Assembly (NCBI GenBank): GCA_963813335.1
Contig: CAWEYL010000001.1
Coordinates: forward strand, 416,001 to 480,000
From: an uncultured Chloroflexia bacterium
GTDB lineage: Bacteria > Chloroflexota > Limnocylindria > Limnocylindrales > CSP1-4
Direction of reading: 5' to 3'
Length of the DNA: 64,000 nt
Shown: in pieces, positions 44,503-54,644 of the stretch
Position numbering within the stretch: the first letter of the stretch is position 1
How the letters are laid out: the number at the start of each line of letters is the position of its first letter
Notes under the pieces: generated by a model
What the model was told of the DNA's origin: nothing
Databases searched by the model: none
What the model saw: only the letters and a program-made list of their open reading frames with translations
Made by a program: the position numbers and the translations under genes

Positions 44503-45821
44503 ACCTCGCCCCGCCGATCCCTCGGCTCGGCCTCCCGGGCCGCCAGCGCGAGCTCACGCCGGAGGAGCAGCGCAAGACCGCCAACCGCCAGCCTGCCCGG
44601 ACGCGGACCGGGTCGGTCGTCCAGCGCGAACGGCACCAGGCCGACTACATCATCCTCGTCGTCGTGGTCGCGCTGACCGCGGTGGGCATCCTGATGGTCT
44701 ACTCGTCGTCGGCCATCCGCGGCTACCTCTCGAACGAGGACACGTTCGCCACCGTCGGCCCGCAGATCCAGTGGGCGGTCCTGGGCATCGTCGCGATGGT
44801 CGTGATGATGAAGGTCGACTACCGCTACCTGCGCCTGGTGTCGGTGCCGTTCTACATCGTCGCGGTGGGGCTCCTCATCCTCGTCTTCGTGCCCCAGTTC
44901 AACCGCGTGGTCGGGGGCTCGGCCCGCTGGCTCGAGTTGCCGGTCCTGCCGGCCATCCACCCGGCCGAGATCGCCAAGCTCGCGATGGTCATCTACCTCG
45001 CCCACTGGTTCGCCAAGCGGGGGACCCGCGTCCGCTCGTTCTGGGGCGGCACGCTGGCGTTCATGATCATCGTCGCCCCGATCGTGGCGCTGGTCTTCAA
45101 GGAGCCGGACCTCGGGACGACCATGGTCATCGGCCTGACCGCGCTGACGATGTTCTTCGTCGCGGGCGCCAACCTCGTGCATCTCGGCACCATGGTCCTC
45201 GCGGCGCTCCCGGTGGTGGTGCTCGTCGGCCTGCGCGGCTACCAGCTGACGCGGATCCGCTCCTGGCTGGACCCCTGGTCCGACCAGCTGGGCACGGGCT
45301 TCCACACGATCCAGGGCCTGCTCGCGCTCGGCGTCGGCGGGCTGTTCGGGACGGGCCTCGGGGCGAGCGTGGTCTCGGTGCCGAACGCGTTCAACGACTT
45401 CGTCTTCGCGGAGGTCGGCCAGGAGTTCGGCCTGCTGGGCGCCGGCATCGTCGTGGTCCTCTTCCTCGCGCTCGCCTACTCGGGGATGCGGGTGGCGCTG
45501 GCCGCACCTGATACCTTCGGTGCGCTCCTCGCCGCCGGGATCACCGCCTGGCTGTGCATCCAGGCGTTCATCAACATCGGGGTCGTGGTCGCCCTCTTCC
45601 CGATCACCGGCATCACCCTGCCATTCGTGAGCGCCGGCGGCTCATCGCTCATCATCAGCTTCGCCGCGGTCGGGATCCTCCTCTCGATCTCGCGCGAGAC
45701 CGTCGAAAAGGGGACATGGAACGACGATGCGATCGCTGATCGTGGGCGGCGGGACGGGCGGACACATCTACCCGGCTCTGGCCGTCGCCAGATCGCTCCG
45801 CGGCCGTCCGGACGCTCCTGA
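44499..45821 (+). CDS. ftsW: SEDS glycosyltransferase FtsW
   Basis: GSARW, HPAEIAKL, EPDLGT, NDFVFA..EFG, GITLPFVSAGGSS. Confidence 0.94.
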   Translation: MNLAPPIPRLGLPGRQRELTPEEQRKTANRQPARTRTGSVVQRERHQADYIILVVVVALTAVGILMVYSSSAIRGYLSNEDTFATVGPQIQWAVLGIVAMVVMMKVDYRYLRLVSVPFYIVAVGLLILVFVPQFNRVVGGSARWLELPVLPAIHPAEIAKLAMVIYLAHWFAKRGTRVRSFWGGTLAFMIIVAPIVALVFKEPDLGTTMVIGLTALTMFFVAGANLVHLGTMVLAALPVVVLVGLRGYQLTRIRSWLDPWSDQLGTGFHTIQGLLALGVGGLFGTGLGASVVSVPNAFNDFVFAEVGQEFGLLGAGIVVVLFLALAYSGMRVALAAPDTFGALLAAGITAWLCIQAFINIGVVVALFPITGITLPFVSAGGSSLIISFAAVGILLSISRETVEKGTWNDDAIADRGRRDGRTHLPGSGRRQIAPRPSGRS

Positions 45822-46887
45822 GCTGCGCTGGCTGGGTGGCCACCGCGGTCTCGAAGCGACCCTCGTCCCGCCGTCGGGCATCCCCATGCGCCGGCTCGCG
45901 GCGCGCTCGCTGCGCACGACCGGACGCGACGTCCACGCGCTGCTCGACCCCATCCGCCTCGGCGTCTCGGTGCCGCAGGCGACCGCGCTGCTCACGGCCG
46001 AGCGCCCCGCGGTCATCTTCACGACCGGCGGCTACGTGGCGATCCCGGTGATCATCGCGGCGGCCGGCCTGCGCATCCCGGTGGTCATGTGGGACGGCAA
46101 CGTCATCCCCGGCCGCTCGGTCCGCTCGACGGCCCGTCTCGCGACGGCGCTGGCGGTGTCGTTCGAGGCGACCTGCGCCGCCCTCCACGGCCCCGCGCCC
46201 AGGGTGCCCTGCTACCTCACCGGGACGCCGATCCGCGATACCCGCGACGTGGACCGCCAGGCGGCCCGCGAGCAGCTCGACGTGCCCGCCGGCGAGCGGG
46301 TCCTGCTGGTCTTCGGCGGGTCGCAGGCGGTCCGTCGCTTCAACGCCGCGGTCTCGGGCGCGATCGCGCGGCTCGTGCAGCGCGTCACGGTGATCCACGT
46401 GACCGGCGACGAGGCGTACGCGGCCGCCCTGGCCGACCGCGAGGCGCTGCCCGCCGACCGTCGCGCCCGCTACCGTCCCTATCCGTTCCTGCGCGAGGAG
46501 ATGCTGGCGGCGCTGGCCGCGGCCGACCTCGTGGTCGGCCGGGCCGGCTCGTCCACCCTCGCCGAGGTCGCCGCGCTGGGCGTCCCGATGATCGTGGTCC
46601 CGTACCCGCACGCCGCGGGCCACCAGCGCGCGAACGCGCGGGTCCTCGTGGACGCGGGGGCGGCCCGGGTGATCGACGATGAGGCCTTCGATGCGGACGC
46701 GCTCGTGGACGCGGCCGGGATCCTCGACGACCCGGCCCGCCACCTCGCGATGTCGGCCGCGGCCCGCGGCCTGGGGCGGCCGGCGGCCGCCGACGCGGTC
46801 GCCGACCTGGTGATGGCCGCGGCGGAGCGCCGGCCCCTGCCGGATCGCGACGCCATCGACCGGCGCTCGCGCGGGGTGGCCCCGTGA
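45727..46887 (+). CDS. murG: Lipid II GlcNAc transferase
   Basis: GGGTGGHIYP, GGY, GGSQ, RAGSSTLAE, HQRANA. Confidence 0.96.
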   Translation: MRSLIVGGGTGGHIYPALAVARSLRGRPDAPELRWLGGHRGLEATLVPPSGIPMRRLAARSLRTTGRDVHALLDPIRLGVSVPQATALLTAERPAVIFTTGGYVAIPVIIAAAGLRIPVVMWDGNVIPGRSVRSTARLATALAVSFEATCAALHGPAPRVPCYLTGTPIRDTRDVDRQAAREQLDVPAGERVLLVFGGSQAVRRFNAAVSGAIARLVQRVTVIHVTGDEAYAAALADREALPADRRARYRPYPFLREEMLAALAAADLVVGRAGSSTLAEVAALGVPMIVVPYPHAAGHQRANARVLVDAGAARVIDDEAFDADALVDAAGILDDPARHLAMSAAARGLGRPAAADAVADLVMAAAERRPLPDRDAIDRRSRGVAP

Positions 46888-47837
46888 TCGCGGCCTTCGA
46901 CGCCGTCGCGATCGGCACCGAGATCCAGCGCCGGATCGGCGTCAAGACCTCGCGCGACGAGCCGCTCGGGCGGTTCACCACGATGCGCGTCGGCGGACCG
47001 GCGGACCTGTTCGTGACGCCGCACAACCGGTTCGAGCTGCGCAAGCTCGTCCAGTTCGCGCGGAGCCGCGACCTGCCGCACTTCCTGCTGGGGCGGGGGA
47101 GCGACCTGGTCATCGCCGACGCGGGCATCCGCGGCCTCGTCATCCAGGTCCGCGCCGAGGGCATCCGCGTCGACGGGGAGCGGCTCATCGCCGAGGCCGG
47201 CGTCCAGATGGCCCGCGTCGCGACCGAGGCGCAGAAGGCCGGGCTCACCGGGCTGGAGTTCGGGCTGGCGATCCCGGGCACCGTCGGCGGTGCGGTCTGG
47301 GCGAACGCGGGCGCGCACGACGGGGACGTCGCCGGCGTCCTCGAGTCGGCCGGGGTGCTGGCCGCGGACGGCACCGAGGGCTCGCTCGGCGGGGCGGAGC
47401 TCGGGTTCGGCTACCGCGACAGCCGGTTCAAGCACGTCGCGCCGGGCGCCCCGCCCGAGCTCGTCATGGACGCGACGTTCCACCTCGCGCCGGCCGACCC
47501 GGCCGCCATCGCCGCGAGTCTCGACGAGATCCGGACCTGGCGGCGGACCCACCAGCCGCTCGGGATCCCGTCGGCCGGGAGCGTGTTCCGCAACCCGGCG
47601 GGCGATTCCGCCGGCCGCCTGATCGAGGCCGCCGGACTCAAGGGCCTGCGGGTCGGCGGGGCCGCCGTGTCCGAGAAGCATGCCAACTTCATCGTCAACG
47701 ACCAGCGCGGGAGCGCGGCCGACGTCCGCCGTCTGATGGAGCGCGTCCGCGCCGTCGTGGCGGAGCGCGCCGGGGTCATGCTCGAGCCGGAGATCGAGTT
47801 CGTGGGCGACTGGCGCGACTGGGAGCCGGCACCGTGA
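46884..47837 (+). CDS. murB: UDP-GlcNAc-enolpyruvate reductase
   Basis: TTMRVGGPA, IPGTVGGAV..NAGA, SAGSVFRNP, KHANF. Confidence 0.96.
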   Translation: MIAAFDAVAIGTEIQRRIGVKTSRDEPLGRFTTMRVGGPADLFVTPHNRFELRKLVQFARSRDLPHFLLGRGSDLVIADAGIRGLVIQVRAEGIRVDGERLIAEAGVQMARVATEAQKAGLTGLEFGLAIPGTVGGAVWANAGAHDGDVAGVLESAGVLAADGTEGSLGGAELGFGYRDSRFKHVAPGAPPELVMDATFHLAPADPAAIAASLDEIRTWRRTHQPLGIPSAGSVFRNPAGDSAGRLIEAAGLKGLRVGGAAVSEKHANFIVNDQRGSAADVRRLMERVRAVVAERAGVMLEPEIEFVGDWRDWEPAP

Positions 47838-48949
47838 GCGACCCTCGGGTCCCGGTCGTCGTACTGCTCGGCGGCCCGTCGGCCGAGCACGACGTCTCGA
47901 TCGTGTCCGGCACGGCGGTCGCCGGCGCGCTGGCGGGGCTGGGCCACCCCGTGCGCCAGGTGCTGATCGATCTCGACGGCGGCTGGTGGTGGCTGCCTCG
48001 GGACCACGCCCGGGGCGACCGGCCGGCCGCGGCCTACGACGACCCGGCCGCGCTCGGTGGCGACGGCCCACTGACCGCGGGTGCGGCGATCGACCGGCTC
48101 GCCGGCGAGGCGCCGTCACCCGTCGTCTTCATCGCCCTCCACGGCCCGTTCGGCGAGGACGGCACCGTCCAGGCGATGCTCGGCGCGGCGGGACTCACCT
48201 ACACGGGCGCCGGCGTGGCAGCCTCGGCGCTCGGCATGGACAAGCGGCTGTTCAAGCGGATGTGCCGCGGCCTGGGCCTGCCGATCGTCGACTGGCGGGA
48301 GGTCAGTGCCGCGCGCTGGCGGACCGACCCCGCGGCCGTCACGGCCGAGCTCGCCGCGTTCGCGACCGGGGCGTCGGACCCGCGCCTGATGGTCAAGCCG
48401 TCGGGGCTCGGGTCGTCGGTCGGGATGACCCTGGTCCACGACCCGGCCGAACTCCCCGCCGCGCTCGAGCTCGCGTTCCGCTACGACACCCACGCCCTGG
48501 CCGAGACCTACCTCGCGGGCGCGCGCGACCTCGAGGTCGCGGTCCTCGGCAACGATGTGCTGGAGCTGTACGGCCCCGGCGAGATCGTCTCTGGCCACGA
48601 GTTCTACGACTACGCCGCGAAGTACACGCCGGGCCTGTCCGAGACCTCGACCGCGGCCGAGGTCGGCGCGGCCCAGCAGGCGACGATCCTCAAGCTCGCG
48701 CGCGACACCTACCGGGCGATCGGCTGCGAGGGGTTCGCCCGGGTCGACTTCCTCGTGGCGGGCGAGCGGATCTACGTCTCGGAGATCAACACGATCCCCG
48801 GCTTCACGCCGATCAGCCTCTTCCCGACGATGCCGTCGAGCGGCGGCTATGCGTTCGCGGACGTCTGCGAGCGCGTGGTCGTGCTCGCCCAGGAGCGTGC
48901 CGCCGCCGGCGTCGCGGCCCATCTCACCGGAGCGGACCTGCCGCGATGA
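47834..48949 (+). CDS. ddl: D-Ala-D-Ala ligase
   Basis: GGPSAEHDVS, LHGPFGEDG, GSSVG, FYDYAAKY, EINTIPG. Confidence 0.96.
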   Translation: MSDPRVPVVVLLGGPSAEHDVSIVSGTAVAGALAGLGHPVRQVLIDLDGGWWWLPRDHARGDRPAAAYDDPAALGGDGPLTAGAAIDRLAGEAPSPVVFIALHGPFGEDGTVQAMLGAAGLTYTGAGVAASALGMDKRLFKRMCRGLGLPIVDWREVSAARWRTDPAAVTAELAAFATGASDPRLMVKPSGLGSSVGMTLVHDPAELPAALELAFRYDTHALAETYLAGARDLEVAVLGNDVLELYGPGEIVSGHEFYDYAAKYTPGLSETSTAAEVGAAQQATILKLARDTYRAIGCEGFARVDFLVAGERIYVSEINTIPGFTPISLFPTMPSSGGYAFADVCERVVVLAQERAAAGVAAHLTGADLPR

Positions 48950-49830
48950 GCCTCCGTCCGCCGACCCGCCGCCAGACACCGCTGGGGCCGGGCCGCCGGA
49001 CACCCCGCGTCCGGCGCGCGTCGTCGGCGCGGCTCACGCCCATCCGCGCCGGGGCGGCCCTGGTCATGCTCGCCAGCATCGGGGCCATCTACGGCGTCTC
49101 GTCGTCGAGCGCCTTCGACTACGCCCGCGTGCGGCTCACCGAGGCACCCGCCTGGACCGATCCGGCCGCGGTGGAAGCCGCGCTCGCCGGCGCCCGCGGC
49201 CAGAACCTGTTCCGCATCGCCACCGGCCCGCTCGAGACGGCGCTGGAGCAGCTGCCGACCGTGGAGCGCGCCCGGATCGGCGTGGAGTTCCCGGACACCC
49301 TGGCCGTCACCCTCACCGAGCGCAAGCCGATCCTCATCTGGAAGGTCGGCGACCTGCAGTTCCTCGTCGACGGCGACGGCAAGCTCTTCGCCAAGGTCCC
49401 GGACGTGCCCGGGGCGGCCACCGCCGGGCTGCCCGTCATCGACGACCGCCGGTCCGCCTCCGCCGGCCTGATCAGCGGCAGCACCCTCGACCCGATCGAT
49501 CTCGACGCCGCGACCCGGCTCGCGTCGCTGGTCCCCGCCGACGTGGGCAGCGAGGCGTCGGCGATGTCGATCGTCCTGACCGACGAGAACGGCTTCCTGC
49601 TCCGCTCGAGCCCGACCGGCTGGACCGCCGTGTTCGGCATCTACACCCCCACGATCCGCACGCCGGAGCTCATCCCGGAGCAGGTCCGCCTCCTGCGCAG
49701 CCTGCTCGCGGGGCGCGAGAGCACCATCGACCGGGTGATCCTCGCCTCGGGTACCGAGGGCACCTACGTCCCCAAGCCGACCCCGACGCCGAGCCCGTCG
49801 GCCAGGCCGTCGCCGTCGGCCGCCGGGTGA
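48946..49830 (+). CDS. ftsQ: Cell division protein FtsQ/DivIB
   Basis: Basic N-terminus, TM, POTRA-like GQNLF..LP.V..FPDTL...ER.P; position. Confidence 0.85.
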   Translation: MSLRPPTRRQTPLGPGRRTPRVRRASSARLTPIRAGAALVMLASIGAIYGVSSSSAFDYARVRLTEAPAWTDPAAVEAALAGARGQNLFRIATGPLETALEQLPTVERARIGVEFPDTLAVTLTERKPILIWKVGDLQFLVDGDGKLFAKVPDVPGAATAGLPVIDDRRSASAGLISGSTLDPIDLDAATRLASLVPADVGSEASAMSIVLTDENGFLLRSSPTGWTAVFGIYTPTIRTPELIPEQVRLLRSLLAGRESTIDRVILASGTEGTYVPKPTPTPSPSARPSPSAAG

Positions 49831-49921
49831 GCGGCCGACCCGCGGTTGCGCGGACGGTTGCCGCGCCCGCTGGCGGTCGGGTAGCCTTGCCGAAACCCAC
49901 CGGATCGAGGACGACGACGGC

Positions 49922-50245
49922 GTGCTGCTTCCCCTGCTCGGGCTCCTCGTGGGCGTCCTGGCGGGCCTCGTCCTCAACGTCAACGTCAGCTTCGAGCTCA
50001 GCCGGTACTCTGCGGTCGCGATCCTCGCCGCCCTGGACTCCGTGCTCGGGGCGGTCCGTGCAGAGCTCGACGGGGTCTACGACAATCAAATCTTCGTCAG
50101 CGGGTTCCTGGTCAATGCGATCATCGCCGTGCTCCTCACCTTCGTCGGCGACCGGCTCGGCCTGGATCTCTACCTCGTAGCGCTCATCACCTTCGGCCTG
50201 CGCATCTTCAACAACGTGGCGCTCATCCGGCGACACTTCCTCTAG
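49922..50245 (+). CDS. sbp: Small basic protein Sbp (DUF1290)
   Basis: YSAVAILAALDSVLGAVRA, F..N, GDRLGLDLY, RIFNN.A.IRR. Confidence 0.88.
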   Translation: MLLPLLGLLVGVLAGLVLNVNVSFELSRYSAVAILAALDSVLGAVRAELDGVYDNQIFVSGFLVNAIIAVLLTFVGDRLGLDLYLVALITFGLRIFNNVALIRRHFL

Positions 50246-50276
50246 ATCGACAGCACGGACGGGAGAGACGGACAAG

Positions 50277-51518
50277 ATGGTGGAACGGGAAGCGGTCCTC
50301 GTCGGCATCGACGTCGGCACCAGCAAGGTGTGCGCGCTCATCGGCGAGGTGAGCCGCGACGGCCGGCTGACGATCATGGGCCACGGCACCGTTCCCGCGT
50401 CCGGCCTCAAGAAGGGCGTCGTCATCAACATCGACCAGACCATCCGCTCCATCGCGGACGCCGTCGAGCGGGCGGAGCGCCTGTCGGGCTGGAAGATCGA
50501 CCGCGCCTTCGTCGGCGTCGGCGGCCAGCACGTCGAGAGCATCAACTCGCCCGGCCAGGTCGCGGTCACCGCGCACCATCGCGAGGTCACCCGCGAGGAC
50601 GTCAACCGCGCCATCGAGGTCGCCCGCGCGGTCTCGATCCCGTCGAACCGCGAGGTGCTCCACGTCGAGCGCCGCGGCTTCACGGTCGACGGCCAGGAGG
50701 GCGTGAAGGACCCGCTCGGGATGAGCGCGCTGCGGCTCGAGGTCGAGACCCACATCGTCACCGCGTCCGCCACCGCGGTCCAGAACCTGACCAAGTGCGT
50801 GTCGGCGGCCGGGGTCAAGATCGACGAGCTCGTCGCCGATTCGCTGGCGTCGGCGGAGGCCGTGCTGTCCGAGACCGAGAAGGAGCTGGGCGTCGCGGTC
50901 GCCGACATCGGCGCCGGCACGATCGATCTCGCGCTCTTCCAGGAAGGCTCGCCCTTCCACACGCGCGTCCTCCCGGTGGGCGGCAACAACGTGACCAACG
51001 ACGTCGCCATCGGGCTCAAGACCAGCCTCCAGGTCGCCGAAGAGCTGAAGATCCGCCACGGCACCGCCGACCTGCGCGCGGTCGAGGACGCCGACGACGA
51101 GGAGATCAGCGTCTCGGTCCTCGGCGAGGACGCCGGGCGCACGGTCAGCCGGCTCGAGGTCTGCCAGATCATCGAGGCGCGGATGCGCGAGACCTTCGAG
51201 CTGCTCGGCAACGAGATCCGCGCCGCGGGCGTCGGGATGCTCCCGGCCGGGGTGATCCTGACCGGCGGCGCAGCGCAGCTCGCCGGAGCCGCGGAGCTCG
51301 GCCGCAGCGTCCTCCAGATGCCGGTCCGGGTCGCCGCCCCGGCGGGCATCGCCGGGCTCGTGGACACCCTCCTCAACCCGTCCTACAGCACAGCCGTCGG
51401 ACTGCTCCAGTGGGGCGCCATCAGCCTGACCTCGGGCGAGCCGCTGCGCTACGAATCGGCGCCCGGCGGCGGCGGGCTCGGCCGCGTCCGCGACGCCCTT
51501 CGGAGCATCTTCCCGTAA
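50277..51518 (+). CDS. ftsA: Cell division protein FtsA
   Basis: GIDVGTSKV, GLKKG, DIGAGT, AEELK, LTGG, C-terminal amphipathic helix. Confidence 0.97.
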   Translation: MVEREAVLVGIDVGTSKVCALIGEVSRDGRLTIMGHGTVPASGLKKGVVINIDQTIRSIADAVERAERLSGWKIDRAFVGVGGQHVESINSPGQVAVTAHHREVTREDVNRAIEVARAVSIPSNREVLHVERRGFTVDGQEGVKDPLGMSALRLEVETHIVTASATAVQNLTKCVSAAGVKIDELVADSLASAEAVLSETEKELGVAVADIGAGTIDLALFQEGSPFHTRVLPVGGNNVTNDVAIGLKTSLQVAEELKIRHGTADLRAVEDADDEEISVSVLGEDAGRTVSRLEVCQIIEARMRETFELLGNEIRAAGVGMLPAGVILTGGAAQLAGAAELGRSVLQMPVRVAAPAGIAGLVDTLLNPSYSTAVGLLQWGAISLTSGEPLRYESAPGGGGLGRVRDALRSIFP

Positions 51519-51922
51519 GGACCCGCGAGCTCACGGTCCGGACCGGGTCGCGGCCCGGGCTGACGGACCTGACCCGCGAGTGCGCCGCGTTCGTCGCCGA
51601 CGCCGGCGACGGCCTGCTCTCGGTCTTCGTGCCCCACGCCACGGCGGCGGTGGTGATCATCGAGGTCGGGGCGGGCTCCGACGACGACCTGCTCGCGGCC
51701 CTGGAGCGCCTCCTCCCGCACGACGAGTCGCTGTACCGGCACCGCCACGGGTCGGCGGGCCACGGCGCCGACCACGTCCTGCCCCTGCTGGCCTCGCCGT
51801 CGGTCACGGTGCCGGTGGCCGGCGGTCGGCTGGGTCTGGGCACCTGGCAGTCGATCTGCCTGCTCGACCCCAACGCCGACAACACGACACGGACCGTCCG
51901 GCTCAGCTTCCTGACCGGCTGA
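51515..51922 (+). CDS. yjbQ: YjbQ/UPF0047 family protein (apparent start codon GTA)
   Basis: FVPHATA, E, YRHRHG..GADH, LGTWQSI. Confidence 0.8.
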   Translation, partial: VRTRELTVRTGSRPGLTDLTRECAAFVADAGDGLLSVFVPHATAAVVIIEVGAGSDDDLLAALERLLPHDESLYRHRHGSAGHGADHVLPLLASPSVTVPVAGGRLGLGTWQSICLLDPNADNTTRTVRLSFLTG

Positions 51923-52021
51923 GCGGCACGCCGGCACGTCCGGTGCGCCACCGCACCGCAAGCGCGCCGCCACGCGTCGCGCCGCCATCTCGAGGCTTGT
52001 CGGCTTCGACGGGGTCGGCGC

Positions 52022-52042
52022 TATACTCCGGGCTTATCCACA
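52022..52042 (+). promoter_or_regulatory. ftsZ promoter -10 with perfect DnaA box at predicted TSS
   Basis: TATACT 52022-52027; TTATCCACA 52034-52042. Confidence 0.65.
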
Positions 52043-52126
52043 GGACCGCGGCTCTGCCCCAGGAGCTCCAAGGTCCGGCCGAGACGACGCATCGACGCCT
52101 GCCGAGGGGCGTCTGGAGGATGACCG

Positions 52127-53356
52127 ATGACGTTGCGTTCCGACTCCGAGAACTTCGCGCTGATCCGCGTCATCGGGGTCGGGGGCGGTGGCAGCAACGC
52201 GGTCAACCGGATGATCCGGGCCGAGATGATGGGCGTCGAGTTCATCGCCTGCAACACCGATTCGCAGGCGCTCCTCCAGTCCGATGCGCCGCACAAGATC
52301 CGCATCGGCGACAAGGTCACCCGCGGGCTCGGCGCCGGCGGCGACTCGTCGATCGGGCAGCGCTCGGCGGAGGAGGACTCGGAGAAGATCGCCCAGGCGC
52401 TCGCCGACTCGGACATGGTCTTCATCACCGCGGGGCTCGGCGGTGGGACGGGGTCCGGCGCCGCACCGGTCGTCGCGCAGATCGCCAAGGAGGGCGGTGC
52501 CCTCACCATCGGCGTCGTCACCAAGCCGTTCGCGTTCGAGGGCAACAAGCGCAAGCTGGTCGCCGAGAAGGCGGCCGAGGAGCTCAAGAGCCAGGTCGAC
52601 GCGCTGATCACCATCCCCAACGACCGGCTCAAGGACGTCGTCCAGAAGAACACCAGCATCCTCGATGCCTTCCGCGTCGTCGACGACGTGCTCCGCCAGG
52701 GCGTCCAGGGCATCAGCGACATCATCACCGTGCCCGGGCTCATCAACCAGGACTTCGCCGACGTCCGCGCGATCATGAAGGACGCGGGCTCCGCGCTCAT
52801 GGGCATCGGCCGAGCGAGCGGCGAGAACCGCGCCGTCGAGGCCGCCCGGATGGCCATCGCCAGTCCGCTGCTCGAACTCGACATCAATGGCGCGCAGGGC
52901 ATCCTCTGGAACATCACCGGCTCCTCGAACCTGTCGCTCTTCGAGGTCCAGGAGGCGGCCGAGGCGATCAAGGAGGCCGCCGACCCGGAGGCCAATATCA
53001 TCTTCGGCACCAGCTTCAACGAGCGGCTGGGCGAGGAGGTCATGGTCACCGTCATCGCGACCGGCTTCGACGGCGGCCGCAAGCGCCACTCGACCGCCCG
53101 CGAGGCGACCGGGGTCATGGACACGTCGGGGTCGATGCGCGCGCCGCGCGAGCGGGACTTCCTCGAGGAGCTCCAGCGCCAGCGCGACGAGATCCTCGAC
53201 GGCGCAGTCGAAAGCCTGTCGGTCCGCGAGCCCGAGGCGGCGGTGGTCTCGGCCACGCGCTCCGAGCGGTCGGTCGGCGAGCCGGCCCCCGCCAAGCGCG
53301 TCCCGACCTACGACGCGGACGACCTGGAGATCCCCAGCTTCCTCCGCCGGAAGTAG
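52127..53356 (+). CDS. ftsZ: Cell division protein FtsZ
   Basis: [24 protein letters not shown]-terminal LEIPSFLR. Confidence 0.99.
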   Translation: MTLRSDSENFALIRVIGVGGGGSNAVNRMIRAEMMGVEFIACNTDSQALLQSDAPHKIRIGDKVTRGLGAGGDSSIGQRSAEEDSEKIAQALADSDMVFITAGLGGGTGSGAAPVVAQIAKEGGALTIGVVTKPFAFEGNKRKLVAEKAAEELKSQVDALITIPNDRLKDVVQKNTSILDAFRVVDDVLRQGVQGISDIITVPGLINQDFADVRAIMKDAGSALMGIGRASGENRAVEAARMAIASPLLELDINGAQGILWNITGSSNLSLFEVQEAAEAIKEAADPEANIIFGTSFNERLGEEVMVTVIATGFDGGRKRHSTAREATGVMDTSGSMRAPRERDFLEELQRQRDEILDGAVESLSVREPEAAVVSATRSERSVGEPAPAKRVPTYDADDLEIPSFLRRK

Positions 53357-53363
53357 CCGGCCG

Positions 53364-54113
53364 GTGGTGACGCCACCGGATCACGACCAGTTCGACGACC
53401 TGGCGGCCGCGCGGGCGCATGTCCTCGGGCGGATCCGCGCTGCCTGCGAGCGCGCGGGCCGCGACCCGTCCGCGGTGACCCTGGTCGCGGTCTCCAAGAC
53501 GGTGGACGCCGCGCGGCTGCGCGCCGCGGTCGCGGCCGGGTTCACGCTCCTCGGCGAGAACCGCGTGCAGGAAGGGGAGGCCAAGGCGCCCGCGGTCCCC
53601 GGCGCGTCGTGGCAGCTGGTCGGGCCGCTGCAGTCCAACAAGGCGCGGCGCGCGCTGGAGGTATTCGACTCGATCCAGACCGTGGACTCCGTCGCGCTCG
53701 CCGAGCGCCTGGACCGGCTGGCCGCCGAGGTCCGGCCCGGCGTGCGCTACCCGGTGCTCGTCCAGGTCAACGTCGATGCCGACCCGGCGAAGGCCGGCTT
53801 CGCGCCGGACGTGGTCGAGGCGGCGCTGCCAGCCCTGCTGGACCTGCCGAACCTCGAGGTCCGCGGCCTGATGACCGTCGGGCGGCTGGCGACCGATCCC
53901 GCCGACGCCCGGGCGACTTTCACGGGCCTTCGAGTGCTGGGGGAGGGGCTGCGGTCGCGCTGGCCGGCGCTCGGGCCGGAGCTGTCGATGGGCATGTCGG
54001 ACGACTTCGAGCTCGCGATCGAGGAGGGCGCCACGATCGTCCGGGTCGGCCGGGCCATCTTCGGCGAGCGGCCGCACCACCACGGGCCGGGCGAACCGGA
54101 GCATGCGCACTGA
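53364..54113 (+). CDS. yggS: PLP homeostasis protein YggS
   Basis: VAVSK, GENRVQE, GPLQSNK, GLMT, LSMGMS.D, VRVGRAIFG. Confidence 0.94.
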   Translation: MVTPPDHDQFDDLAAARAHVLGRIRAACERAGRDPSAVTLVAVSKTVDAARLRAAVAAGFTLLGENRVQEGEAKAPAVPGASWQLVGPLQSNKARRALEVFDSIQTVDSVALAERLDRLAAEVRPGVRYPVLVQVNVDADPAKAGFAPDVVEAALPALLDLPNLEVRGLMTVGRLATDPADARATFTGLRVLGEGLRSRWPALGPELSMGMSDDFELAIEEGATIVRVGRAIFGERPHHHGPGEPEHAH

Positions 54114-54177
54114 TACACTCGGGGCACCCCCAGCCGCCGCCCGGGCAGATGCCGGGCCCTCATCGCGTGTCGACCCC

Positions 54178-54459
54178 GTGAGCCATCCCGATGTCCGTTT
54201 CGCCGTCCGCCTGACCCCGCGCGCCGTGACCGACCGGGTCGACGGTGTCCTCGACGGCGTGCTGAAGGCAAGGGTGACCGCCCCGGCCGTGGAAGGCGCC
54301 GCGAATCACGCCCTGGTGCGGCTGCTGGCCGATGAGCTGGACGTCGCCCGCGAGGACATCCGCATCGTGGCTGGCGCCACCAGTCGCCAGAAGCTGATCG
54401 TCGTCTCCGGGGTCGACCCGGAGGCGATCGTTGCCCGTTGGCCCGGCCTGCGGGTATGA
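54178..54459 (+). CDS. DUF167/YggU family protein
   Basis: VRLTPRA, VTAPAVEGAAN..L, GATSRQK. Confidence 0.88.
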   Translation: MSHPDVRFAVRLTPRAVTDRVDGVLDGVLKARVTAPAVEGAANHALVRLLADELDVAREDIRIVAGATSRQKLIVVSGVDPEAIVARWPGLRV

Positions 54460-54504
54460 TCGGCCGGTTCCCGTCGGGCGCCCGGTGCGGCGCCGCGACC
54501 CCTC

Positions 54505-54581
54505 GGGCGATTGGCTCAGTCGGTTAGAGCGCGCGGTTCACATCCGCGAGGTCACTGGTTCGAATCCAGTATCGCCCACCA
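54505..54581 (+). tRNA. tRNA-Val(CAC)
   Basis: Acceptor GGGCGAT/ATCGCCC, anticodon arm CGCGG-TTCACAT-CCGCG, GGTTCGAATCC, CCA. Confidence 0.96.
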
Positions 54582-54644
54582 CAACCTCGTGCCCGCCGAA
54601 GGCCGGTGCCAGCCCCGATGGTCGGGCTGGGTAGACTTGCGGAC

